Shown: piece after piece, positions 45,978-54,497 of the stretch
Position numbering within the stretch: the first letter of the stretch is position 1
Layout of the letters: the number at the start of each line of letters is the position of its first letter
Origin: an uncultured Thermoleophilaceae bacterium
Lineage (GTDB): Bacteria; Actinomycetota; Thermoleophilia; Solirubrobacterales; Thermoleophilaceae
Assembly (NCBI GenBank): GCA_963790245.1
Contig: CAWBNP010000002.1
Location: forward strand, 1,101,625-1,165,624
DNA: 64,000 nucleotides
Direction of reading: 5' to 3'
Made by a program: the position numbers and the translations under genes
The notes under the pieces: generated by a model
The model's input: the letters and a program-made list of their open reading frames with translations, nothing else
The model's database searches: none
Told to the model about the DNA's origin: nothing

Positions 45978-47758
45978 GACATCCCCGTCGGGCGGTGCAT
46001 CACCTTCTTGACCCGGCCACCCCCGGTGTACATGTGCACGCCGCACGGCAGGCACGGATCGAAGCTCCTCACGGCGCGCATGATGTCCACGCCCTTGAAG
46101 TTCTCCGGTCCGTTCTCCTCGAAGATCGGCGTGTTCTGCACCGCGTCCTCGTAGGGTCCGGGCGTCCCGTAGCTGTCGCGTGGATTGGAGTTCCACGGCG
46201 TCGGCGGGTACGGCTGGTAGTTGGCGATCTTGCCGTCCTCGATCACCATGTGGTGTGAGAGCACGCCACGCGCCGCTTCGTGGAACCCGACGCTGACGGC
46301 CGAGTCTGGAACGGTGAACTCGTTCCAGCTCTTGGTCCGGCCCGAGCGCACCTCGGCAAACGCCTTGTCCAGGTTGTGCAGCGCGACCAGCGCCGAATAC
46401 GCCTGGTGGTAGGTGCGCGCCCGGTCGCGCTCGATCGCGTTGGACTTCTCCGGGATCTTCCACTCGATCTCCATCTCGGGGCTGCTCGGCGTCTTGGGCA
46501 ACACCATCTGCAGGCTGTGCCCGGTCGCCTTGAGGTACCCGATGTCGAGGATGCCGGCCTTGGCCGTCACCCACTGGCGCGCGAACGGCCCGCCGCCCGT
46601 GTCGCAGGCGACGTAGCGGTCGTTGCGGGCGTCGTAGATCCGGGGTGAGGTAACCCAGGAGTACTTGTCCGCGAAATCGCGCTTCTGCGGCTTGGGCAGC
46701 GTCACCTTGTTCCACGGATGGCGCTTGTCGACCGGGTTGCCGAGCGGGTCCTTGGTCACGAACGTCTTCTCGTCCCCCCAGTCATCGAAGTACGAGGAGC
46801 CGAGCAGGATCCGGATCATCAGGTTGATCTCGACGAGGTCGGTCGAGATCAGCTCACCGTCGATCACCACCCCGGGCGTCACGAACCGGCTGCGGCCCCA
46901 ATCGGTCATCGACTTGTAGTCGTAGAGCCGGCCATTGCCCGCCGGATCGTCGAACGCCCCCCAGCAGACGAGGTTCGTGTCCCGATAGCCGACCATGTCG
47001 TAACCCGGCAACTCCGTCAGGAAGAAGTCGTAGAGGTCGTCGTGCATCGGGACGGTCCGCTTGACGTACTCCATGTAGCGCATCAGACGCACGTAGTAGT
47101 CGGTCAGCGTCTGGTGCGTGATGTGTGCCGAACAGCCGCCCGGCATGATCGTCGAGGGGTGCGTGTGGCGACCGCCGAACAGGCAGTACATCTCACGCGT
47201 CCAGCGCGCCACCCCGAGCGTCTCGAGGTAGAACTCGCCGGTGAACGGGTTCAGGGCCCGCATGATGTCGGCGATCGTCTTGTAGCCGTGGATGTCGCTT
47301 CCCGCGGCCGAGGTCGTCTCGGCCTTGGCCAGCAGCGCCGGGTTGGTGTCCTTGACCATCTGCTCACAGAAATCCACGTTCGCCATGCAGTCGTTGAAGA
47401 TCGCGTGGTCGAACATGTAGTCGGCGAGCTCGGCCAGGTTGAACGCGTAGTCGCCGAGCTTCGGCGGCGTAACGCCATAGGCCATGTTCTGGTTCAGGCA
47501 CGAGGTCGTGCAGTGGTTGTCGCCGCAGATACCGCAGATGCGGCTCGTGATGAAGTGCGCGTCACGCGGGTCGATCCCCTTCATGAAGATGTCGAACCCC
47601 CGGAAGATCATCGACGTCGAGTAGCACTTGTTCACGACCTGGTTGGTGAAGTCGATCTCGGTGTGGATGCCGAGCGACCCGACGATCCGGGTGATCGGAT
47701 CCCAGGACATCTCCTTGACGACAACCTTCTGTTCGCGCGGGCTCTCTACCGTTGACAT
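45974..47758 (-). CDS. hhyL: [NiFe]-hydrogenase large subunit, group 1h (group 5, high-affinity type)
   Basis: L1 motif TSRICGICGDNH and L2 motif SFDPCLPCGVH, followed by a C-terminal extension (MYTGGGRVKKVMHRPTGMS) for protease processing. Confidence 0.92.
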   Translation of the reverse strand: MSTVESPREQKVVVKEMSWDPITRIVGSLGIHTEIDFTNQVVNKCYSTSMIFRGFDIFMKGIDPRDAHFITSRICGICGDNHCTTSCLNQNMAYGVTPPKLGDYAFNLAELADYMFDHAIFNDCMANVDFCEQMVKDTNPALLAKAETTSAAGSDIHGYKTIADIMRALNPFTGEFYLETLGVARWTREMYCLFGGRHTHPSTIMPGGCSAHITHQTLTDYYVRLMRYMEYVKRTVPMHDDLYDFFLTELPGYDMVGYRDTNLVCWGAFDDPAGNGRLYDYKSMTDWGRSRFVTPGVVIDGELISTDLVEINLMIRILLGSSYFDDWGDEKTFVTKDPLGNPVDKRHPWNKVTLPKPQKRDFADKYSWVTSPRIYDARNDRYVACDTGGGPFARQWVTAKAGILDIGYLKATGHSLQMVLPKTPSSPEMEIEWKIPEKSNAIERDRARTYHQAYSALVALHNLDKAFAEVRSGRTKSWNEFTVPDSAVSVGFHEAARGVLSHHMVIEDGKIANYQPYPPTPWNSNPRDSYGTPGPYEDAVQNTPIFEENGPENFKGVDIMRAVRSFDPCLPCGVHMYTGGGRVKKVMHRPTGMS

Positions 47759-47774
47759 TTCGTTCTCCTCCGCG

Positions 47775-48839
47775 CTACCAGCGCTTGGCGTAGCCGGTCG
47801 TGAGCTCGGGTCGGTTGTGTCTCCACTCCGGCTCCTTGTCGTAGTTGTTGTCGATGTTCTTGTGGCGGAAGTAGCGGATCACCGGGCCGCTGACGAACTT
47901 CTCGAAGTTCGACGCCGCCGCGCCCCACTTGTCCTCGTCCATGAAAGGCATGTACTTGTCGGGGAAGCCCGGCATCGTGCAGGCCATGCAGATGCCGCCG
48001 ACATTCGGGCAGCCTCCGTAGCCCGATTGCCAGCCGCGGACCGGCACGTTGCACTTGACCACCGGGCCCTTGCAGCCGAGCTTGACCAGACAGCGTGGAT
48101 CGTCGCCGTACTCGGTCGCGAACTCACCCTGCTCGGCGAAGCCGGCCCGGTTGCAGCCCTCGCGGACCGTCCGCCCGAACAGCCATGTCGGCCGGTGGGC
48201 TTCGTCGAGCTCGGGCGGCGGCGCCATCCCGGCCAGCGCGAAGACGAGATACATCAGCGTCTCGGTCATGTTGTCGGGCTGGGCCGGACAGCCGGGGATG
48301 TTGATGATTGGCAGGCCGGCACTGGACTTCCAGTTCCAGCCGAGGTAGTCGCACATACCCATCGCGCCGGTCGGGTTGTTCGCCATCGCCGGGATTCCCC
48401 CGTAGGTCGCGCAGGTCCCGATCGCGACGACGGCCGCGGCCTTGGGAGCGAGCCGATCGACCCATTCGTTGGTCGTAATCGGCTGGCCGTTGTCGGGGTT
48501 GACGCCCATACCCGCCCAGTGGCCCTCGCCGCTGAGCTGCTCGTTGGGGATCGAGCCTTCGACGATCAGCACGAACGGATCGAGCTTGCCGGCTTCGGCG
48601 TCGTACCACGCCTGCATGAATTCGGCTCCGTTCTCAAAGGCGAGCACGGGCGTGTGGACGACGACCCGCGGCATCCCGGGGATCGCGCCCGTGATGATGT
48701 CCTCGAGGCTCGGGCTCGTCGCCGAGGTCATCGCGACGGAATCACCGTCACAACCCAGTCCGGTCGTCATCCAGATCACGTGCGCCGTGACCGCCTCGGT
48801 CGCGTGCTGGTTGGGTACGAACTCCATCTGGGTCGCCAT
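47775..48839 (-). CDS. hhyS: [NiFe]-hydrogenase small subunit, group 1h, no Tat signal
   Basis: ATG 48839 (RBS AGGAGAG). The N-terminus MATQMEFVPNQ... lacks an RRxF Tat motif. The proximal-cluster motif reads GCDGD where the canonical form is CxGC, so Asp replaces the second Cys. The distal region has multiple Cys (CPAQPDN, CKGPVVKCNVP, GGICMACTMPGFPD). Confidence 0.9.
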   Translation of the reverse strand: MATQMEFVPNQHATEAVTAHVIWMTTGLGCDGDSVAMTSATSPSLEDIITGAIPGMPRVVVHTPVLAFENGAEFMQAWYDAEAGKLDPFVLIVEGSIPNEQLSGEGHWAGMGVNPDNGQPITTNEWVDRLAPKAAAVVAIGTCATYGGIPAMANNPTGAMGMCDYLGWNWKSSAGLPIINIPGCPAQPDNMTETLMYLVFALAGMAPPPELDEAHRPTWLFGRTVREGCNRAGFAEQGEFATEYGDDPRCLVKLGCKGPVVKCNVPVRGWQSGYGGCPNVGGICMACTMPGFPDKYMPFMDEDKWGAAASNFEKFVSGPVIRYFRHKNIDNNYDKEPEWRHNRPELTTGYAKRW

Positions 48840-48858
48840 CAGCTCTCCTCTTTCCTCG

Positions 48859-49950
48859 TCAACAAATCCGCGGTAGCGGGTCGCCCACCAACTGATCCAT
48901 GACCCGTCTGCCGCCAAATGCCGTCTCCACCAGAACCATCCCCGGAGGCTCTGTCCGAACCTCACCGATCTCCGCCGCCGCCTCGCAGCCCTCCACCGAC
49001 CGCAGCGCGGCGAGCGCCGCGTCGGCCGATTCCGGAGCGACGAACGCCACCAGCTTGCCCTCGTTCGCCACGTACATCGGGTCGATTCCGAGCAGTTCGG
49101 AGGCGCCCATCACGGCGGGCGCGACCGGGATCGCCGCCTCGCGCACGACCATCGCGACCGTCGAGGCGCGCGCCAGCTCGTTGAGAACCGAGGCGACTCC
49201 ACCGCGGGTCGCGTCGCGCATGCAGCGCAGCCCACCGCCCGCCTCTTCGAGCAGCGCGTCGACGGCCGGCCACAACGAGCAGGTATCGGACTCGATCTCG
49301 GCGTCGAGACCGAGTTCGCCTCGTGCGAGCATGATCGCCGTCCCGTGCTCGCCGATCGAGCCCGACACGATGATCCGGTCACCGGGGCGCAGCGCATCGG
49401 TCGCCGTTCGGGCGCGTGGGTCGCGCTCGCCGATACCCGTCGTGCAGATGTACAGCTTGTCGGCGTAGCCGCGCTCGACCACCTTCGTGTCGCCGGCGAT
49501 GATCTGCACCCCCGCCTCGCGCGCTGCCGACGCGATCGCCTCGACCTCGGCGCGCAGCTCCGGGGCGGGGAGTCCCTCCTCGAGGATCAGCGACAGCGTC
49601 AGGGCGAGCGGCCGGGCGCCCGAGACCGCGAGGTCGTTGACCGTCCCGTTGACGGCCAGCTCACCGATCGAGCCGCCGGGAAAGCGGATCGGCTTGACGA
49701 CGAAGGTGTCGGTCGTCATGGCGAGCTCGTGATCGCCGACGGTCACCGAGCCCGCGTCCCCGAGGGCGTTCAGCGACTCGGATTCGAAGGCCGGCACGAG
49801 CAGCCCTTCGATCAGCGTCGTGGTCGCCTTGCCGCCGGCGCCGTGGGCCATCGTGATCCGCTCGTCGCGGAACTTCGGCCGCTTGGCGCGGGCCGTCTCG
49901 ATGATCCCGAGGATCCGCTGTTCGCGGTCGGTGGGAGCGGCGGTCGGCAC
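48859..49950 (-). CDS. hypE: Hydrogenase maturation protein HypE
   Basis: AIR-synthase-like fold (MAHGAGGKAT) and the C-terminal PRIC motif. GTG 49950 overlaps the hypD stop by 1 nt. Confidence 0.9.
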   Translation of the reverse strand: MPTAAPTDREQRILGIIETARAKRPKFRDERITMAHGAGGKATTTLIEGLLVPAFESESLNALGDAGSVTVGDHELAMTTDTFVVKPIRFPGGSIGELAVNGTVNDLAVSGARPLALTLSLILEEGLPAPELRAEVEAIASAAREAGVQIIAGDTKVVERGYADKLYICTTGIGERDPRARTATDALRPGDRIIVSGSIGEHGTAIMLARGELGLDAEIESDTCSLWPAVDALLEEAGGGLRCMRDATRGGVASVLNELARASTVAMVVREAAIPVAPAVMGASELLGIDPMYVANEGKLVAFVAPESADAALAALRSVEGCEAAAEIGEVRTEPPGMVLVETAFGGRRVMDQLVGDPLPRIC

Positions 49951-51065
49951 TAGACCACTTCCTTCTCGCGCGCGAAGCGGCCGTAGTTGTAATAGGCCGC
50001 GCAGGCGCCCTCGGAGGAGACCATGCAGGTGCCGATCGGCCGCTCGGGCGTGCAGGCGGTCCCGAAGACCTTGCACTCCCAGGGCTTGATGACGCCCTTC
50101 AGCACCTCGCCGCACTGGCACGCCTTCGGGTCCGCGACGCGGACACCCGGAGTCGAGAACCGCCGCTCGGCGTCAAGCTCGGCGTAGTCGTCGGAGAGCC
50201 GCAGCGCACTCTGCGAGATGAAGCCCAGACCACGCCACTCGAAGTGCGGTCGCAGCTCGAAGACTTCGGCCATCGCCTTGAGTGCGGCGGGGTTGCCCTC
50301 GTAGGGGACGATCCGGCTGTACTGGTTCTCGACCTCGCAGCGGCCCTCGTCCAGCTGGCGCAGGATCATCTGGATCGCGTGCAGGATGTCGAGCGGCTCG
50401 AAGCCCGCGACGACGAGCGGCTTCTCGTAGTCGGCGGGGATGAACTCGAACGGCCGCGCGCCGACGACCGTCGCGACGTGCCCGGGGCCGATGAAGCCGT
50501 CGAGGCGCAGGTCCGGCGATTCGAGCAGCGCGCGCAGCGGTGGCACGATCGTCACGTGATTGCAGACACAGGTGAAGTTCGTGACGCCTTCGGCGCGGGC
50601 GCGCCTGATCGTCAGGGCGGTTGAGGGTGCGGTCGTCTCGAACCCGATCGCGAAGAAGACGACCTCGCGGTCGGGGTTGGCCTTCGCGATCCGCAGCGCG
50701 TCGAGCGGCGAGTAGACCATCCGGATGTCGGCGCCGGCCGCCTTCGCCTCGAGGAATGAGCTCTCCGAGCCGGGGACCCGCATCATGTCGCCGAAGCAGG
50801 TGAAGATCACCTCTTCGTTTCGGGCGATCGCGATGCCGTCATCGACGCGGCCCATCGGGATCACGCAAACCGGGCAGCCCGGTCCGTGGACCAGCTCGAC
50901 CGACTCGGGCAGCAGGTCGTCGATCCCGTACTTGTAGATCGAGTGCGTGTGGCCGCCGCAGACCTCCATGAACTTGTAGTGACGCCCGGGCTCCACGAGC
51001 GACAGGATCTCGCCGGCGAGCACGCGGCCCAGCTCGGGATCGCGGAACTCGTCCACGTATTTCAT
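49950..51065 (-). CDS. hypD: Hydrogenase maturation protein HypD
   Basis: MKYVDEFRD, CGGHTH, GPGCPVCV and the C-terminal Cys motifs. 371 aa. Confidence 0.92.
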   Translation of the reverse strand: MKYVDEFRDPELGRVLAGEILSLVEPGRHYKFMEVCGGHTHSIYKYGIDDLLPESVELVHGPGCPVCVIPMGRVDDGIAIARNEEVIFTCFGDMMRVPGSESSFLEAKAAGADIRMVYSPLDALRIAKANPDREVVFFAIGFETTAPSTALTIRRARAEGVTNFTCVCNHVTIVPPLRALLESPDLRLDGFIGPGHVATVVGARPFEFIPADYEKPLVVAGFEPLDILHAIQMILRQLDEGRCEVENQYSRIVPYEGNPAALKAMAEVFELRPHFEWRGLGFISQSALRLSDDYAELDAERRFSTPGVRVADPKACQCGEVLKGVIKPWECKVFGTACTPERPIGTCMVSSEGACAAYYNYGRFAREKEVV

Positions 51066-51292
51066 AGGCGGACCAAGGCCGTTCCAGCGTGAACGAGGAG
51101 CTCGTCGCCGACGACGACCGGCGCGACCAGTTCAACCTCGACGGTCGCACGTTCACCGTGTTCGTCGGCGCAGAGGGCGAGCCCGCGTCCGACGTCGATC
51201 AGCTCCACCCTCATCGCCACCGCGACGTCCCCGCATGTGATGCACCCGTCGGTGTGATCACAGGCCGGAAAGACGTCGGGGACCGTGGTCAC
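51062..51292 (-). CDS. HypC/HupF-family chaperone paralog with a non-canonical N-terminus
   Basis: 76 aa from GTG 51292 (GTGA overlap with the hypC stop). It has the HypC-like OB core (VAVAMRVELIDVG...GDELLVHAGTALVRL), but this is preceded by ...ACDHTDGCITCGD rather than starting at Met-Cys. Confidence 0.65.
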   Translation of the reverse strand: MTTVPDVFPACDHTDGCITCGDVAVAMRVELIDVGRGLALCADEHGERATVEVELVAPVVVGDELLVHAGTALVRL

Positions 51293-51567
51293 TCGATCAG
51301 GCTCCCCCGGAGTTCCTCGAGTTCCTGCTCGTAGTCCTCGCCCATGCCTTCGAGCAGCTTGCGGGTGGCGAGCGCCTCCTCCTCGTCCACCTTGGAGAGC
51401 GCGAAGCCGACGTGGATCAGCACCCAATCACCGGGGGCGGCACCGTCGCCGTCCTCATCGAGCAGCCCGATGTTGACCGTCCGCTGGACGCCTGCAACGT
51501 CGACTTTGGCCAGGCGATTCGCATCGTCCGTGATCTCCATCACCTGACCTGGTATCGCAAGACACAC
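51289..51567 (-). CDS. hypC: Hydrogenase maturation chaperone HypC
   Basis: (GTG)CLAIPGQV canonical N-terminus and WVLIHVGFAL. 92 aa. Confidence 0.85.
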   Translation of the reverse strand: MCLAIPGQVMEITDDANRLAKVDVAGVQRTVNIGLLDEDGDGAAPGDWVLIHVGFALSKVDEEEALATRKLLEGMGEDYEQELEELRGSLIE

Positions 51568-51615
51568 GTGAACGTCGACCTCTCTCCGAGTCGACAACCT
51601 CACTCCTCGCAATCG

Positions 51616-51644
51616 ACCCTAACCCCTCGCTACGAATGATGCAA
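51616..51644 (-). promoter_or_regulatory. Candidate promoter of the hyp-hhy operon
   Basis: On the minus strand: TTGCAT (51644-51639), a 17-nt spacer, then TAGGGT (51621-51616), about 45 nt upstream of the hypC GTG. Pattern match only. Confidence 0.3.
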
Positions 51645-51683
51645 GACCAACTTTCGCGGTCGGGATTGGCCGTCTGACCAACC

Positions 51684-51721
51684 ATATGTGCGCCTATAAT
51701 TTTGTTAGTATGCGCGCATAC
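51684..51721 (+). promoter_or_regulatory. marR promoter/operator candidate: consensus TATAAT flanked by TATG(T)GCGC repeats, including a 14-bp perfect palindrome
   Basis: TATAAT at 51695-51700. GTATGCGCGCATAC at 51708-51721 is self-complementary and contains the ATG at 51710. A related half-site, TATGTGCGC, is at 51684-51692. This is the lowest-GC patch in the region. Confidence 0.5.
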
Positions 51722-52168
51722 GTGGCAACGGACGGCCCTGGATCTACCCCGGGATTTTTGCTCTGGCAGGCCGCGAACCGCTGGCAGCGGACGCTGGGCG
51801 CGGCATTGCGGCCACTCGGCCTGACGCACGTGCAGTTCGTCCTGCTCGCCTCCGTCTGGTGGCTGGCCCGTACCCATGACTCGCTGCCGACCCAGCGGCA
51901 GATCGCCGACCAAGCGGGCACGGACCCGATGATGACCTCGCAGGTGCTCCGCGCCCTCGAGCGGCGCGGCTTGGTGTCCCGGGCGCGCGGGAGCGCCGAC
52001 GCGCGTGTCCGGACCGTGATGTGCACCCCGGAGGGAGCGCGCCTCAGTCAGCGCGCGGTGCGCGTCGTGGAGGCTGCCGACGCCGACTTCTTCGGAGGTG
52101 GCGCCGGAGCGTGTGAGCTTCGGCGACTGTGGGAGCTGACCGACCCCGCCCGGCATGACGACGGGTGA
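51710..52168 (+). CDS. MarR family transcriptional regulator
   Basis: Winged-helix region LTHVQFVLLASVWWL...TQRQIADQAGTDPMMTSQVLRALERRGLV. ATG 51710 lies about 10 nt after the -10 box, so the mRNA may be leaderless or nearly so. The track start is 51686. Confidence 0.8.
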   Translation: MRAYVATDGPGSTPGFLLWQAANRWQRTLGAALRPLGLTHVQFVLLASVWWLARTHDSLPTQRQIADQAGTDPMMTSQVLRALERRGLVSRARGSADARVRTVMCTPEGARLSQRAVRVVEAADADFFGGGAGACELRRLWELTDPARHDDG

Positions 52169-52180
52169 CCGGCTAGCCGG

Positions 52181-52651
52181 TCACCCAGCGGCGATGTACT
52201 GCTCGAGCTTGCCGCCGGCCTTCTTGCGCACCGCCGAACGGACGATCGGCGTCCAGCCCAGCAGCAGGCCGACCGGGCCGAGCGCCTGGCGCGCCCAGGC
52301 GTGGAAGTTGAACTCGTCGCGGTGCTCGACGATCAGACCATTCCGGAAGCGGAAGCTCGCCTGGATGTCGTTGACGACCGGCCGCCCCGTCTCGGTGAAC
52401 GTGTAGTGGGCGATCCAGTGGGCGGAACCGGTGGTCTCCTCCGCCTCGTGCTCGTGCAGCTCGATCCGCAGGTCACCGGGGACGGAGGTGAGCATCTTCC
52501 ACATCGCCCCCGCCCTGCTCCCCCGCAGGTCCGGGAAGACGGGGTCGGAGAAGCGAACCTCGGGCGAGTAGCAGGCGGCCATCGTCTCTCCGTCGCCTGC
52601 GTTGAAGGCGGTGTAGAACCGCTCGATCAGCAGATCGTTGGGGTGGGCCAT
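52181..52651 (-). CDS. NTF2-like (SnoaL-like) family protein
   Basis: 156 aa from ATG 52651, with LIERFYTAFNAGDGETMAACYSPEVRFSDPVF typical of the NTF2/SnoaL_2 fold. I trimmed track ORF 52181..53158. Confidence 0.7.
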   Translation of the reverse strand: MAHPNDLLIERFYTAFNAGDGETMAACYSPEVRFSDPVFPDLRGSRAGAMWKMLTSVPGDLRIELHEHEAEETTGSAHWIAHYTFTETGRPVVNDIQASFRFRNGLIVEHRDEFNFHAWARQALGPVGLLLGWTPIVRSAVRKKAGGKLEQYIAAG

Positions 52652-53097
52652 CAGGAATCTCCTTGCAGTGAGGGGGCGGGCTGAACGAGGCCGAGTTGGC
52701 TGAGGATCGTCGCCGCATCGAAGTAGACGCGCTCGCAGACCAGCCGATCCTCCTCGAACAGGAAGAAGGCGACGGTCCGGCAGCTGAACTGCTTGCCGGT
52801 CGCCGGGATGCCACGCAGCGGACCCACATGGGTCCCCTTGAGGTCGAACTCGACGATCACGCCCGCATCGGCGTGGTGCAGCGCGATCAGCTCGTTGCGC
52901 TGGTCGGGAAACGCGGCGCGTGTGTCCTGGAAGTAGCGGCGAACCTCCTCCTCCCCGTCGAAGACATCGCCGGTCGGGATGATCTCGTAGCGCGGGTGGC
53001 CGAAGGTGCCCATCGTCGTCTCGAAGTCGTGGACGTTCTCGGACTCCATGTGCTCGCGGACGATCGCTTCGCGGCGCTCGCGCAGCTCGTCGTTCAC
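52651..53097 (-). CDS. SnoaL-like ester cyclase/polyketide cyclase family protein
   Basis: 148 aa. VREHMESENVHDF...GTHVGPLRGIPATGKQF is the ester-cyclase (SnoaL) signature. Confidence 0.7.
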   Translation of the reverse strand: MNDELRERREAIVREHMESENVHDFETTMGTFGHPRYEIIPTGDVFDGEEEVRRYFQDTRAAFPDQRNELIALHHADAGVIVEFDLKGTHVGPLRGIPATGKQFSCRTVAFFLFEEDRLVCERVYFDAATILSQLGLVQPAPSLQGDS

Positions 53098-53645
53098 CGT
53101 GATCTCCAGTCCTCGGGGTCGATGTCGGCTGTCGGAAGGGTCTCCTCGACCTCGACACCGCAGGTCGCGATGATCCGTGCGACGGCGCCGTAGTACGCGC
53201 AGCAGACGATCAGCTCCGTCGTCTGGCGGGGGCCGAGCAGCTCGAGCACCGCGGCCGTCGTCTGCTCACCTCCGTCCACGTCGCGGGTGATCTGCTCGGC
53301 GTAGCTTGCGACCAGACGGCCGGCGTCATCGAGCGCGTCGAGGTTGCCCGCGACCGCTGCATCGATCTCGGCCTGCGGGACACCGATCGCCCGGCTGACG
53401 TTCTCGTGCTGGGCACGCTCATACGCCGATTCGGTCACGCGGGCCACGGTCAGGATCGCGAGTTGGCGCAGCCGCGGATCGAGCTCGGCCCGTAGGAGGT
53501 TCGCCGCTCCGAGCTCGGTCAGCGGCTTCAGCGCGGCGGGCGCGTTGGCGAACATCCGGACGATGTTGAGCGGCGGCAGGGCGGCGAGAATCGCGCGGGC
53601 CTCCTCGTCAAGCTGCTCGTCGGTCGGATAGGGGATCCGCGTCAT
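53094..53645 (-). CDS. Carboxymuconolactone decarboxylase (AhpD-like) family protein
   Basis: 183 aa from ATG 53645 (ATGA overlap). AhpD-like helical repeats (LAILTVARVTESAYERAQHENV). Confidence 0.65.
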   Translation of the reverse strand: MTRIPYPTDEQLDEEARAILAALPPLNIVRMFANAPAALKPLTELGAANLLRAELDPRLRQLAILTVARVTESAYERAQHENVSRAIGVPQAEIDAAVAGNLDALDDAGRLVASYAEQITRDVDGGEQTTAAVLELLGPRQTTELIVCCAYYGAVARIIATCGVEVEETLPTADIDPEDWRSR

Positions 53646-54484
53646 CGGCTGGGAATTACCGTCGCCCGGGATTCGGCGAGCCGTCGCGCGCCGTCGGGAT
53701 CGTGGGTCGGGACGACGACGACGGTGTGTCGGGCGCACAGCTCGCGCAGCCGGCGAGTCGATTCGCGGTGTAGCTCGGCGCTCTGGGCGACGCCGTCGAC
53801 GATGCCCTCGATCAGCGCACGCTCGGAGTAGGCGGCATCCCCGGCGATCAGGACGAGGTGGTCGCCCTGGTCGACGACCACCGACAGGTGGCCGAGCGTG
53901 TGGCCGGGGGTCGGAATCAGCCTCACGGCGCCGTCGTCGGTCAGGACGACGCTCGCATCGAAGCCCGCCCACGGCTCGCCGTCGAACTCCAGGGCGCTCG
54001 GCTCCAGCCAGTCCGGGTAGTGGCCGTTGAGATAGCCGTTGGCGGGGCCGTCGCGGGCCATCGACATCTTCGCCTCGCGTGCGCTCATCAGGATCTCGGC
54101 ATTCGGGAAGTGCGACAGCCCGCCCGCGTGGTCGCCGTGCATGTGGGTCATGACGAGGCGACCGACCTCGGTGGGCTCGTGGCCGAGCGCGCGCAGTTGC
54201 GGTCCGACCTCCTCGCCGGGCTCGACCCAGCGGCGCTCGGAGGTCTGGACGAACGGGTGCCACCAGGGCTGATAGCCGGGATCGTTGGCGTGCGAGCTCT
54301 CGCCGGTGTCGATCACGATCAAGCCGTCGGGATGCTCGATCGCATAGGCGCTGATCGGGAGGCGCGGAGCCCAGTTGCGGTCGGTCAGCACGTCGAGCAC
54401 GCGCGCCGGACGCGCGTTGCGGCGCGACTCGACGTGACGGGTTTTGATCTGCACCTCGCCGGTCTGGATGGCGTGGATCTTCAC
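53642..54484 (-). CDS. MBL-fold metallo-hydrolase (N-acyl homoserine lactonase-like)
   Basis: HxHxDH motif (THMHGDHAGG) and later His/Asp ligands (TPGHTLGH, AGDAAY). Confidence 0.8.
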   Translation of the reverse strand: MKIHAIQTGEVQIKTRHVESRRNARPARVLDVLTDRNWAPRLPISAYAIEHPDGLIVIDTGESSHANDPGYQPWWHPFVQTSERRWVEPGEEVGPQLRALGHEPTEVGRLVMTHMHGDHAGGLSHFPNAEILMSAREAKMSMARDGPANGYLNGHYPDWLEPSALEFDGEPWAGFDASVVLTDDGAVRLIPTPGHTLGHLSVVVDQGDHLVLIAGDAAYSERALIEGIVDGVAQSAELHRESTRRLRELCARHTVVVVPTHDPDGARRLAESRATVIPSR

Positions 54485-54497
54485 CGGGGCGGCCCGT

